A stretch of 64,000 nucleotides of DNA from Flavobacteriales bacterium (GTDB lineage Bacteria > Bacteroidota > Bacteroidia > CAIKAF01): positions 911 through 64,910 of the forward strand of contig JANWKQ010000168.1 in NCBI GenBank assembly GCA_025451295.1, written 5' to 3'. The notes under the pieces were generated by a model that saw nothing but the letters and a program-made list of their open reading frames with translations, did not search any database and was not told where the DNA came from. This document shows, piece after piece, positions 40,028 through 49,026 of this stretch; the stretch's first letter is position 1, and the number at the start of each line of letters is the position of its first letter. A program made the position numbers and the translations under genes.

Positions 40028-40363
40028 TTAATTGCCGCGATCCAGGCGTTTGTTTCTTTTTTTACGAAGATTTGTTTTTGGTTTTGCTTTGGCTTGGATC
40101 CGGTTTTTTTTGATCCTGTGAGTTGATGCTTTCTTTTGATTACGCGTTATATAAGCATTGGTATTTCCATTCTGCTTGGTTCTGCCATGCGAATTGAACC
40201 TGTTCTTGGCTGAATGTTTTACATGTTTATTTGTTTTTAAAGTATTTGGACCTTTTCTGGTATTTAAACAAGGGTTTCCAAAATTAGATCCAACCTGCGC
40301 CGTGGCAACAACCATTGTGAATAAGGTAACGAGAAGAATGGCTAAAAGGGATTTAGTTTTCAT
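40028..40363 (-). CDS. Small secreted Lys/Arg/Asn-rich hypothetical protein
   Basis: MKTK signal peptide ending ATA-Q; highly basic mature part; own promoter-like motif and terminator. Confidence 0.55.
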   Translation of the reverse strand: MKTKSLLAILLVTLFTMVVATAQVGSNFGNPCLNTRKGPNTLKTNKHVKHSAKNRFNSHGRTKQNGNTNAYITRNQKKASTHRIKKNRIQAKAKPKTNLRKKRNKRLDRGN

Positions 40364-40384
40364 GACTCAACTTTTCATAGGGAA

Positions 40385-40402
40385 TCCAAATTGCGTGCCA
40401 AA
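40385..40402 (-). promoter_or_regulatory. sigma54-like -24/-12 promoter
   Basis: Minus strand TTTGGCACG-CAAT-TTGGA, ~22 nt upstream of ATG 40363. Confidence 0.55.
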
Positions 40403-40405
40403 AGA

Positions 40406-40429
40406 AAACGCCGGGTTGTTCCGGCGTTT
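40406..40429 (-). terminator. Terminator of the 40458-40790 gene
   Basis: AAACGCCGG-gttgtt-CCGGCGTTT with an adjacent A-rich tract. Confidence 0.65.
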
Positions 40430-40457
40430 GTATGATCTGTTTTATGAAGTTCAATGT

Positions 40458-40790
40458 TTAGTCGTCATCGTGTTTGCAGCATTTTCCTTTGTGATTATCA
40501 TGATCGTTTTTACACTTATGCTTGTGTTTATCACAATGTTTATGCTTGTGTTTACAACAACTATCGTGGTTATGACCATGATTGGAGCAGTAATTATTAT
40601 TATTTGAATAGTTATCTGAACAGCATCCTGAATTGTTACTGTAAAAGATTCCTGTATTACTGTTAGGCGTGGTGCCTAAGGAGAGGGTGGAGCTGAAACC
40701 TCCAGCTACTGTAATAGAGATCTGGGCGGTAGAGGTTGTGCTGGTGAGCAACAACATACACATAGCGGCAAAAAGAACTTTGGTTTTCAT
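40458..40790 (-). CDS. Small secreted His/Cys/Lys-rich hypothetical protein
   Basis: MKTK signal peptide ending STA-Q; tail CCKHKHKHCDKHKHKCKNDHDNHKGKCCKHDDD. Confidence 0.6.
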   Translation of the reverse strand: MKTKVLFAAMCMLLLTSTTSTAQISITVAGGFSSTLSLGTTPNSNTGIFYSNNSGCCSDNYSNNNNYCSNHGHNHDSCCKHKHKHCDKHKHKCKNDHDNHKGKCCKHDDD

Positions 40791-40813
40791 AAATGCAAGC
40801 TTTTGAAAACTAA

Positions 40814-40831
40814 GTCAAATTATATGCCAAA
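40814..40831 (-). promoter_or_regulatory. sigma54-like -24/-12 promoter
   Basis: Minus strand TTTGGCATA-TAAT-TTGAC, ~24 nt upstream of ATG 40790. Confidence 0.55.
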
Positions 40832-40857
40832 GGAAACCTATTGTTCACAGAACCGAT

Positions 40858-42201
40858 TTAGGAATGGGATAATAGGTGTAGGATCTTTTCTTCCACTTCC
40901 ATGCTATTCCATTTTTCGGCCAGATTGGGCATTTTCATTACCTGGGCCATGATGGCGTTTTGATAATCCCCTTTTTGCAAAGCATACTCATATGAAAAAT
41001 CACTGAAGGTAACCATCGAGTACAGAGGTACCCATTTATCTGGATGCTTTTGATAGAACCAGCCTTCTATTTTTTTCTGAAGTAAAAAATCAGGGTCAGC
41101 AGTCAAATCACGCATTTCAATAAAATTTCGCAAGGCAAGTTCCGCTACCGAATCTGCATTGGGTTTTCTTGATTTTCCAAAGGCTTCGAAAAAATTCTCA
41201 AACTTATTGAGATGTTCATCCAACATCTGATCGAAAACAAAACAATCTTCAAATCCAGCATTCATGCCTTGTCCGTAAAAGGGAACCACGGCATGAGCTG
41301 CATCTCCCATAAGAACTACAGAATCCTTATAATGCCATGGATAGCAGCGAATGGTTTGAAGCGCAGAGGTTGGATGATTTAAAAATTGCTCCATGAAATC
41401 CGGAAGGTGAGGGATCACATCAGGGAAATAATATTGAAAGAACCCTAGAATATCCCGTTCTGTTTTTAAAGACTGAAAAGAAACTTTCCCTTCCCATCCT
41501 AAAAATAATGTACAGGTAAAACTTCCATCAATATTTGGCAGGGCGATCAGCATAAAATCTTCCCTTGGCCATATATGTAAGGTGTTTGGATCCATTTTAT
41601 GGGATCCGTCTTCATTCGCTTCGATATGAAGTTCTTTGTATCCATGATCGATATAGTCCTGCGAATAATCAAAACGTTCGTTGAACATGAGGCGATGTCG
41701 CACAGCGGAAAAAGCCCCATCTGTGCCGATGAGATGTTCGTAAACATGCGACATTTCTTCACCAGTTATATCATTTTTGAAGTACGCAGTTTTGTTTTCC
41801 AGATCGATGTTTGCACAACGGGCATCAAAATGCATGGTCGTCTGTTCGTATTTGTCGGCGATTTGCAATAAGGTTCTGTTGAGTTCTCCCCTCGATACGC
41901 TATAGATCGCTTCACCTTCTTTACCATAAGGTTGAAAGGTTAAATTCCCATGTATATCATGCATGGTCCTTTTATACATCGGGATCGCAATTTCACGGAT
42001 GGTTTCTTCAGCACCAACTTTCCGCAGGGCTTTCCATGCCCGGTTACTCACAGCCAGATTGATGGATCTTCCCTGATAAATATCAGCGTTCCGGATATCC
42101 GGTCTTCTTTCAAACAGATCAACCCTGAATCCGCGTTGTGCTAAAAAAACAGATTGTAAGGCTCCAACCAGTCCCCCGCCAACAATGGTAAAATTTTTCA
42201 T
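40858..42201 (-). CDS. kmo: Kynurenine 3-monooxygenase
   Basis: IVGGGLVG, GRSINLA, DGAFSAVR, HGYKEL, LHIWPR, GDAAHAVVPFYGQGMNAGFED, PLYSMVTF. Confidence 0.93.
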   Translation of the reverse strand: MKNFTIVGGGLVGALQSVFLAQRGFRVDLFERRPDIRNADIYQGRSINLAVSNRAWKALRKVGAEETIREIAIPMYKRTMHDIHGNLTFQPYGKEGEAIYSVSRGELNRTLLQIADKYEQTTMHFDARCANIDLENKTAYFKNDITGEEMSHVYEHLIGTDGAFSAVRHRLMFNERFDYSQDYIDHGYKELHIEANEDGSHKMDPNTLHIWPREDFMLIALPNIDGSFTCTLFLGWEGKVSFQSLKTERDILGFFQYYFPDVIPHLPDFMEQFLNHPTSALQTIRCYPWHYKDSVVLMGDAAHAVVPFYGQGMNAGFEDCFVFDQMLDEHLNKFENFFEAFGKSRKPNADSVAELALRNFIEMRDLTADPDFLLQKKIEGWFYQKHPDKWVPLYSMVTFSDFSYEYALQKGDYQNAIMAQVMKMPNLAEKWNSMEVEEKILHLLSHS

Positions 42202-42240
42202 TTTTGTTCTTTCTGTTACAAATATAACAAGTCCGTAAAC

Positions 42241-42271
42241 AAAAAAGCATCCTGACCAATGGTCAGGATGC
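42241..42271 (-). terminator. Terminator of the beta-propeller lipoprotein gene
   Basis: A6-GCATCCTGACCA-A-TGGTCAGGATGC. Confidence 0.8.
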
Positions 42272-42297
42272 CCCACTTTCAGAGTAGGTTGGTGTAC

Positions 42298-43728
42298 TTA
42301 CTCAGTGATCGCAAAAAACTCTACATCCGCGTAGCCATGGCTTCCGCTTGAAATAGGTTGTAGCGTATAGTTAATGTTTGATACAGAAAAAGTAGTCGAA
42401 GTAACATAACCATCCGCCGTAACCAATGTGGGTGCAACCACAGAAGAAACTGATACCGAAAGATCAGATAGGGTCCCGTTGGCAATATACCATTTTCCGT
42501 CGATCTGAGTATATTCCGACCAGGTTTCTCCCAATAGGATCAGTTGGCCATTGTACGAAAGAATTGCTTCTACTCGTTCTCCACATTTTTCATCCGACAC
42601 TTCACCCGTAAAGAAATTGTATTGGCTGATCAGATTACCATTTAAATCCATCTTAAGAAAACATCCGTCTCCCCATTGGCCGGTATCATATCCATCGAAG
42701 CTTCCTTTCCCACCAACATAGATCGTATTATTAATCACCCGTAAGCAGGAAATATTATTCCGGTCGTTGTTGAGACCCTGGAATTTTTTTGACCAAACCA
42801 GGTTACCACTATTATCTATCTTTAGAATTCCCATATAAGTGGATACACCTCTCAGATCAGCTCCAAGATAAAGATCGCCGGTGGCGTCTACTTCCATATC
42901 CGTTATACGGCCAGCCCATCCTACATCTACCTTTTTACACCAGTCCAGAGTGGCTCCACCAGAAGATAACTTCATCACAAATCCTGAATTATTACTTCCT
43001 GCCCATCCTGCGATATAAATATTATTTCCATCCGGTGAACGAACCACATAACCGCGATCATTATACCCAGGTGAAGGATCAATACCAACCGTTGTATTGG
43101 GATCAACAGTTCCATTGGAAGCATCCATAATAAGTAGAAAGACCATTCCTTCTTCAGAAGTTGTACCTGCACCTGTGCTTCCGGTAACAAAAACTTTTCC
43201 ACCGGCAACATCCAGGGAATAGGCCTTGGCACTGCTACTCGATACCGCCGAGCTGGTTGCCTTCCAGAATTTTTGCCAGATCACGGTTCCAGATCCACTC
43301 ATTTTGGTAATGAATACCTCGTTGTAACCTTGACTGGATGCTCCTGTGATGTATACATCTCCACTGGCATCCACCGCTACACATCTTGATCCACCACCAC
43401 CCTGCGAAATTCCATTTTCTCCCGGTGAAGGCATCCAATCTTGTGCTCCTCCATCAAAGGACTTTGACCACGAAACAGTTTTGGTATTGAAATTAACTTT
43501 AGTGAGAAAGATATTTCCCTGGTAACCATCAGGAAGTGTAGAACCGGTGAAATAAATATTTCCACTGTTGTCAATCACAGCTCCGGAAAAATCATCATCA
43601 TCTGGTGATCCCCAACATCCATTCCAGTCGGTTGTGAAATCTGCTTTGGTATGGTTACCTCCAAAAGGATCGCAGGAGGAAAATAAAATAGGGGCTAGAA
43701 AGCCCAACAAATGAATAATTTTTTTCAT
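42298..43728 (-). CDS. Beta-propeller (SBBP-like repeat) lipoprotein
   Basis: MKKIIHLL...FSSC lipobox; repeats D.SGNIYFTGS, DASGDVYITGA, ...G..IW.K. Confidence 0.75.
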   Translation of the reverse strand: MKKIIHLLGFLAPILFSSCDPFGGNHTKADFTTDWNGCWGSPDDDDFSGAVIDNSGNIYFTGSTLPDGYQGNIFLTKVNFNTKTVSWSKSFDGGAQDWMPSPGENGISQGGGGSRCVAVDASGDVYITGASSQGYNEVFITKMSGSGTVIWQKFWKATSSAVSSSSAKAYSLDVAGGKVFVTGSTGAGTTSEEGMVFLLIMDASNGTVDPNTTVGIDPSPGYNDRGYVVRSPDGNNIYIAGWAGSNNSGFVMKLSSGGATLDWCKKVDVGWAGRITDMEVDATGDLYLGADLRGVSTYMGILKIDNSGNLVWSKKFQGLNNDRNNISCLRVINNTIYVGGKGSFDGYDTGQWGDGCFLKMDLNGNLISQYNFFTGEVSDEKCGERVEAILSYNGQLILLGETWSEYTQIDGKWYIANGTLSDLSVSVSSVVAPTLVTADGYVTSTTFSVSNINYTLQPISSGSHGYADVEFFAITE

Positions 43729-43807
43729 AGTTGATTTTTTATGGAATAAATATACCCCACGAAGCCCTGTTAGGATGGACAATATTGGCACAATGCACAC
43801 AAAAAAG

Positions 43808-43837
43808 GGTGAATGACAGAAATACGAAGGTGAGATT
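43808..43837 (-). promoter_or_regulatory. Putative LytTR operator (9-12-9 direct repeat)
   Basis: Minus strand AATCTCACC-N12-TCATTCACC, ~80 nt upstream of ATG 43728. Confidence 0.55.
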
Positions 43838-44644
43838 TTAGACGGCTACATTGTATTCTCTCAATGCATCATTCAGGGATGTTTTGGTATCTGTACTTTC
43901 TTTTCTTTTTCCAATGATCAATGCACAGGGAACCTGAAAATCTCCGGCATTGAATTTTTTAGTATAACTTCCTGGGATCACCACGGATCTTTCTGGAACA
44001 TAACCTTTATACTCGATGGGCTCATTGCCACTTACGTCAATAATTTTTGTTGACATCGTGAGTACCACATTAGCGCCAAGTACGGCTTCTTTTCCAACCC
44101 TTACACCTTCAACAACAATACAACGTGAACCAATAAAAGCACTATCCTCGATGATCACAGGTGCAGCCTGAACGGGTTCCAGTACACCACCCAATCCAAC
44201 TCCGCCACTCAGGTGAACATGTTTTCCAACCTGTGCACAACTACCAACGGTGGCCCAGGTATCAACCATGGTGCCGGCATCTACATATGCCCCAATATTT
44301 ACAAATGATGGCATACAAATAACTCCGCTTGAAACGTATGATCCATAACGGATCACAGAACCGGGAACGGTTCGGATGCCAGATTTTTCCATGCCCGTTT
44401 TTAAAGGAATCTTGTCAAAATATTGTTCGGGACCCTCCTGCATGATCTTCATTGGCATAATAGGGAAATAGAGGATCACTGCCTTTTTTATCCATTCATT
44501 TACCTGCCATCCGTTAGCAACAGGTTCGGCCACGCGGATCTCGCCTTTATCCAAAAGTTCAATAACCTCTTTGATGGTTTTTTGTATGGAACTTTCTTTC
44601 AAAAGTTCACGGTTATTCCAGGCTTGTTCGATGATGTCTTTCAT
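43838..44644 (-). CDS. dapD: Tetrahydrodipicolinate N-succinyltransferase
   Basis: LDKGEIRVAE, VNEWIKKAVILYF, FDKIPLK, MPSFVNIGAYVD, DTWATVGSCAQ, GGVLEP. Confidence 0.96.
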   Translation of the reverse strand: MKDIIEQAWNNRELLKESSIQKTIKEVIELLDKGEIRVAEPVANGWQVNEWIKKAVILYFPIMPMKIMQEGPEQYFDKIPLKTGMEKSGIRTVPGSVIRYGSYVSSGVICMPSFVNIGAYVDAGTMVDTWATVGSCAQVGKHVHLSGGVGLGGVLEPVQAAPVIIEDSAFIGSRCIVVEGVRVGKEAVLGANVVLTMSTKIIDVSGNEPIEYKGYVPERSVVIPGSYTKKFNAGDFQVPCALIIGKRKESTDTKTSLNDALREYNVAV

Positions 44645-44684
44645 GAATATATATATTCCTCCGTCGCAGCAGAGTGGCTCAAAG

Positions 44685-46094
44685 TTAATTTTTCAATTCT
44701 AATAAAGCAACATTCTCCACATGATGGGTATGTGGAAACATATCCACGGGTTGAGACCTGATCACATCGTATTTTTCGACTAATATGGCTATATCTCTTG
44801 CCTGTGTTGCAGGATTACAACTTACATAGACGATTCGTTTCGGTGCTATTTCCAGGATTTTTTTTACCACATCTTCATGCATCCCTGCTCTGGGTGGATC
44901 AGTAATGATTACGTCGGGTTTGCCATGTGTCTGTATAAATTCATCATTTAACACATCCTTCATATCACCCGCATAAAAATCGGTATTGGTAATTCCGTTG
45001 AGGTCTGCATTGATCTTTGCATCCTTGATCGCATCTTCTACGTATTCTATACCTACTACCTTTTTTGTCTTATCAGCCAGATAACAGGCAATCGATCCGG
45101 TTCCGGTATAGAGATCGTACACCAATTCGTTACCCGTTAACCGGGCAAAGTCTTTGGTGATTGAATAAAGTTCAATGGCCTGTTTGGTATTTGTTTGAAA
45201 AAATGATTTGGGGCCGATCTTGAATTGTAAATGTCCGAATTCTTCAACAATATGATCCTTTCCCTTAAACACTTCTATTGGGAGATCTCCATAGGTGTCG
45301 TTTTTCTTTTGGTTGATGACATATAAAAGTGAATCGATGAAAGGAGAGGTCGTTGAGATATATTCCATCAGGTTTCTAAGTTGATCATTCAACTGTTCCC
45401 CAAAAATAACCAGGACCATCCATTCACCTTTTTTAGTTACCCGGATCATGATATTTCGCAAAGCTCCGGAAAACTCATGAACATTAAAAAAACTTATGGA
45501 ATTGCTGAGTGCATATTTTTTTACGGCATTCCTGATCTCATTGTGTACATCATTCATGAGATGACAGGTCTGGATGTCCAGAATTTTATCAAACTTTCCC
45601 GGGATATGAAAACCCAATGCCTCCGGATCCTTCATTTCTTCTCCGCTTTGTATTTCTTCTGTAGTAAGCCAGCGTTTGAAGGAAAAAGTATATTCCAGTT
45701 TGTTTCTGTAATGATATTCATTGACAGATCCTTTGATCGGCAAAAATTCCTGGATGTCAAATTTACCGATCCTGCTAAGTTGATCTTTTACCTGTTGTTC
45801 CTTAAATTTCAATTGTTCTGGATAAGGCATGTGTTGCCATTTACATCCTCCGCAAACCCCAAAATGCTGGCAGACAGGTTCCGATCTGAGCACCGATTTT
45901 TTTAAAAATTGCACCACCGTTCCTTCGGCATGATTCCGACGGTCTTTACCGAGTCTCACGTTTACAACATCGCCCGGGGCTGTGTATGGCACAAAGATCA
46001 CCTTGCCTTCATGTTTGCCAATCGATTTTCCTTCAGCCGCTACTTCGATGATCTCCAGATCTTCGATTATTTTTTCTTTCTTTTTCTTAGCCAC
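44685..46094 (-). CDS. rlmD: 23S rRNA m5U1939 methyltransferase
   Basis: TRAM domain; CQHFGVCGGC, YRNKLEY, SFFQTN, DLYTGTG, DPPRAG, VYVSCNPAT, DMFPHTHHVE. Confidence 0.95.
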   Translation of the reverse strand: MAKKKKEKIIEDLEIIEVAAEGKSIGKHEGKVIFVPYTAPGDVVNVRLGKDRRNHAEGTVVQFLKKSVLRSEPVCQHFGVCGGCKWQHMPYPEQLKFKEQQVKDQLSRIGKFDIQEFLPIKGSVNEYHYRNKLEYTFSFKRWLTTEEIQSGEEMKDPEALGFHIPGKFDKILDIQTCHLMNDVHNEIRNAVKKYALSNSISFFNVHEFSGALRNIMIRVTKKGEWMVLVIFGEQLNDQLRNLMEYISTTSPFIDSLLYVINQKKNDTYGDLPIEVFKGKDHIVEEFGHLQFKIGPKSFFQTNTKQAIELYSITKDFARLTGNELVYDLYTGTGSIACYLADKTKKVVGIEYVEDAIKDAKINADLNGITNTDFYAGDMKDVLNDEFIQTHGKPDVIITDPPRAGMHEDVVKKILEIAPKRIVYVSCNPATQARDIAILVEKYDVIRSQPVDMFPHTHHVENVALLELKN

Positions 46095-46238
46095 AGGGAC
46101 AAAGATAACAATCTGAGCGGTCGCCTACAGTACACGGGTTTATTTCCCCAAAGAAAAACCCCTCACAACAAATGCTGCAAAGGGTTATCTATGATGAAAG
46201 CAAGATCTGGTTAAGGCATGGGTGCCATGTTCACAAAA

Positions 46239-46670
46239 TCAAAAAGCGGAAACCCATTTTTTATTTGCTTCATCATACCTAAAGAAATTATCCACGGTTT
46301 TAAAGGCGTTTACCACGGCCTCCTTTTTGTTTTCGGGTGTTAGCTTTGGCTGATACATGTTCTGATTGTTCATTTTGGCAGATGCGACCGTATAACCAAC
46401 CGTGCTAACACCGGAACTTACTACCGCTCCACCGATGCCTCCAAATATTCCTCCAAATACACGGGCAATTCCCCGAATGAGGCTGTATATGATCCCCTGC
46501 TTTACGCTCGATTTAACTGCCGTTTGTACAATCTGGTTTTGATCCATGGTTACTTGTCCAAATGCCTGTATCGGGTCTTTGCCATCAACCTGGAAGGTAC
46601 AACGTACCATATGGGTTTCCCAGGTTTCCTGTTTAAGGATTGGTTGAATGTTTTCATACGTAATTTCCAT
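46239..46670 (-). CDS. Hypothetical protein with Gly-rich hydrophobic segment
   Basis: ORF from MEITYE; FGGIFGGIGGAVVSSG segment; 29 nt downstream of the 46700 gene, same strand. Confidence 0.65.
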   Translation of the reverse strand: MEITYENIQPILKQETWETHMVRCTFQVDGKDPIQAFGQVTMDQNQIVQTAVKSSVKQGIIYSLIRGIARVFGGIFGGIGGAVVSSGVSTVGYTVASAKMNNQNMYQPKLTPENKKEAVVNAFKTVDNFFRYDEANKKWVSAF

Positions 46671-46699
46671 AAGTATATATTTTAAATGTGAACAGTTTT

Positions 46700-48286
46700 T
46701 TATTTTTTGATACATTCCTCTGAGAACCATACAGAGCTATCATATTCTCCCCATCTTTGAAACATGGTAGAGGCATAACCTGATCCACCACTACTTGTAT
46801 TTTGTTGTGAGAAAAGAATATCAATTTCAAAACATAAATTGGTCTTGGTGTTTTGAATGATACCCTTTCCATTGATGGTTCTGCTAAGGATCACGCCCCA
46901 GAAATTTCGTTGATAGGTCCAGTCGTTATCAAGAACAACCACTTTCAGCACTTTTTCATCAGCCCTTTTACTGTTGTCGATCATGCTAAATGCATCTGGA
47001 ACAAGTTGTGTATGGTTATTTACCCAGGAGAACTTGGGACATAACTTTTTCAATAAATTGGTTTTATCCGCTTCGGTTACGTTGAGTTCAAATTCACCAG
47101 TAGCAATTTCCTTTACTTCGCTGATGCTGGCATTCCATGTATTTAGATAATCAATGCTCATCACTGCTTTGAACTTATGTTTTCCGGCGCTTGCTTTTAC
47201 CAAAGCTTTAGCGAAATTGTAAACTGCGGCCATATTGGTCTCGGTTACCTCCATCGGAGCTACACCAATTTCCCATGAAGTTCTTGATTTGGCAGTTTCG
47301 TCCAGAAGGTCAGTTGATAACGTCGTTATATATTTTCCATCGAGATAATAAGCGACATCGTAACTCGTAATCGTTCCTGCAACACCAAGATCGGCTGACA
47401 TGTTGTGAATAGACTGTGGCAAATAAACCCTTGAATAGATCCCTTCAGACAATCCACCAAAAGAAGTTTTAAATGAAGAGGAAGCAGCATTGTCTCCGAT
47501 CACCGCATTCGAGAAGACGATCTTATTCAGATTTTGTTTATGAGCATCTCCTTTAATTCCATTGTCACCCGTCTTTTTGAATTTTTCATTGATCACCTCA
47601 CCAAAATTGGTGAGCATGTCTTTTCTGTAAGTATCGATCTGATCGTTCTCAACCTTTAAAGAAAACTCACCGGAGCTGAATGTTTTGCCCGATTTAAATA
47701 CCTGTTTACTAAGTTCACTGTCCCATTCTTCTTTTCCGGATTCCAACGAGACTTTCATCTTATAGGTTCCTTCAGAAATTTTACCACTTAAAGTGATAAA
47801 CATGTCCCTGAATAAACCCTCAATAAAATAGGTCATGATCGACATTTTACGATCAGTTAAGGTGGCTTCCGTTAATCCTTTGATATCTTTAAAAGAAGCA
47901 GAAGTAGCCAATATGTTCAGATCGAGACTATAAGTTTCGGCAAAATAAATGGCGAGTACTTCATCTTCTGCTTTAAAGTCCTGATATGCTAATGTAAGTC
48001 CATTACAGGTAACCGATGCACGAATATGTTCGTCTGACGGAATTTGGCCGGTTGGTTTTTCGGTAAACATAAACTGCACATATACAGGCTCGCCCAGCGA
48101 AAAACTGGTCACAGGATTCGTGCCCGCCATTTCATTGTAGAATTTGGCTGTATTACTTGAAGGGGCTTCATAAACAGCATCAGAAGTATTTTGGGCAAAC
48201 AGGCTGCTACCAATAATACAAGCAAACAGGATTGAAGTCGATCGTAATTGTGCGATTCTTTTCATAGTGTTGATTGATTTTTTCAT
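46700..48286 (-). CDS. Large secreted hypothetical protein
   Basis: 528-aa ORF with signal peptide (SLFA-Q); no family recognised. Confidence 0.7.
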   Translation of the reverse strand: MKKSINTMKRIAQLRSTSILFACIIGSSLFAQNTSDAVYEAPSSNTAKFYNEMAGTNPVTSFSLGEPVYVQFMFTEKPTGQIPSDEHIRASVTCNGLTLAYQDFKAEDEVLAIYFAETYSLDLNILATSASFKDIKGLTEATLTDRKMSIMTYFIEGLFRDMFITLSGKISEGTYKMKVSLESGKEEWDSELSKQVFKSGKTFSSGEFSLKVENDQIDTYRKDMLTNFGEVINEKFKKTGDNGIKGDAHKQNLNKIVFSNAVIGDNAASSSFKTSFGGLSEGIYSRVYLPQSIHNMSADLGVAGTITSYDVAYYLDGKYITTLSTDLLDETAKSRTSWEIGVAPMEVTETNMAAVYNFAKALVKASAGKHKFKAVMSIDYLNTWNASISEVKEIATGEFELNVTEADKTNLLKKLCPKFSWVNNHTQLVPDAFSMIDNSKRADEKVLKVVVLDNDWTYQRNFWGVILSRTINGKGIIQNTKTNLCFEIDILFSQQNTSSGGSGYASTMFQRWGEYDSSVWFSEECIKK

Positions 48287-48370
48287 GCTTTCAATTTTTA
48301 TTATGTGGTAAAACTAACGTGTGATTCCATGAATAGTCCGTGATATATGGTTGTTGGTAGGTTTGAATAG

Positions 48371-48400
48371 GGTAAATGGCCGCTTTTCAAAGGTGAATGA
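48371..48400 (-). promoter_or_regulatory. Putative LytTR operator (9-12-9 direct repeat)
   Basis: Minus strand TCATTCACC-N12-CCATTTACC, ~85 nt upstream of ATG 48286. Confidence 0.65.
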
Positions 48401-48468
48401 ATTTGGCTACTTCTGTGGTAATTTTCATGTGACTCAGAACGGTTTTATCCGTCGCCTTAAAAAAGATG

Positions 48469-48498
48469 CCATTCATCATTTTATTCATACCATTCACC
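48469..48498 (+). promoter_or_regulatory. Putative LytTR operator (9-12-9 direct repeat)
   Basis: CCATTCATC-N12-CCATTCACC, ~68 nt upstream of ATG 48566. Confidence 0.68.
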
Positions 48499-48565
48499 CT
48501 TATTCGAAAAAGCTTCATGAACAATGATGGTAATATTGTTTCTATAAACTTTAAAAGTCTAGCTC

Positions 48566-48931
48566 ATGAAAAAAGTATTCGTATTTCTTTTTGTTTTTTC
48601 TGCCTTTCAAATGATGGGGTTTTCCCAGATCAAAGGAGACAAGGTGGAGGTCTTGTGGAATAGTAAATGGTATCCTTCAACCGTACTTGAAGTGAAAGGT
48701 TCTACATGGAAGATCCATTATGATGGATATGGTGACACATTTGATGAATGGGTTGACCAGGATAGAATAAGAACAACTTATAAAAAAGGTGATAAAATCC
48801 AGGTTTCGTCGAGTTCAGTCTGGTACAAGGCCACAATACTTGAGGTGAGTGGAAGTAAATACAAGATCCATTATGATGGTTGGGCGGATAGTTGGGATGA
48901 ATGGGTTACCACGGACAGAATGAAAAAATAA
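48566..48931 (+). CDS. Secreted protein with two tandem Agenet/Tudor-like domains
   Basis: Signal peptide; KGDK.....WY..T.LEV.G...KIHYDG....DEWV..DR occurs twice. Confidence 0.8.
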   Translation: MKKVFVFLFVFSAFQMMGFSQIKGDKVEVLWNSKWYPSTVLEVKGSTWKIHYDGYGDTFDEWVDQDRIRTTYKKGDKIQVSSSSVWYKATILEVSGSKYKIHYDGWADSWDEWVTTDRMKK

Positions 48932-48936
48932 AAAAT

Positions 48937-48964
48937 AAAAACACCTCAAAGAGGTGTTTTTTTT
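48937..48964 (+). terminator. Terminator
   Basis: AAAAACACCTC-aaa-GAGGTGTTTTTTTT. Confidence 0.85.
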
Positions 48965-49026
48965 ATCTCTTTCCTAATAATTGCTGGTTGTACAAAAAAA
49001 ACTACTTTTAATGCACCAAACGAACG

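Noticed and set aside
44645..44690. Lysine riboswitch or Shine-Dalgarno site upstream of dapD
   Set aside because: The gap is only 40 nt; a GGAGGA is present but ~12 nt from the ATG and probably incidental
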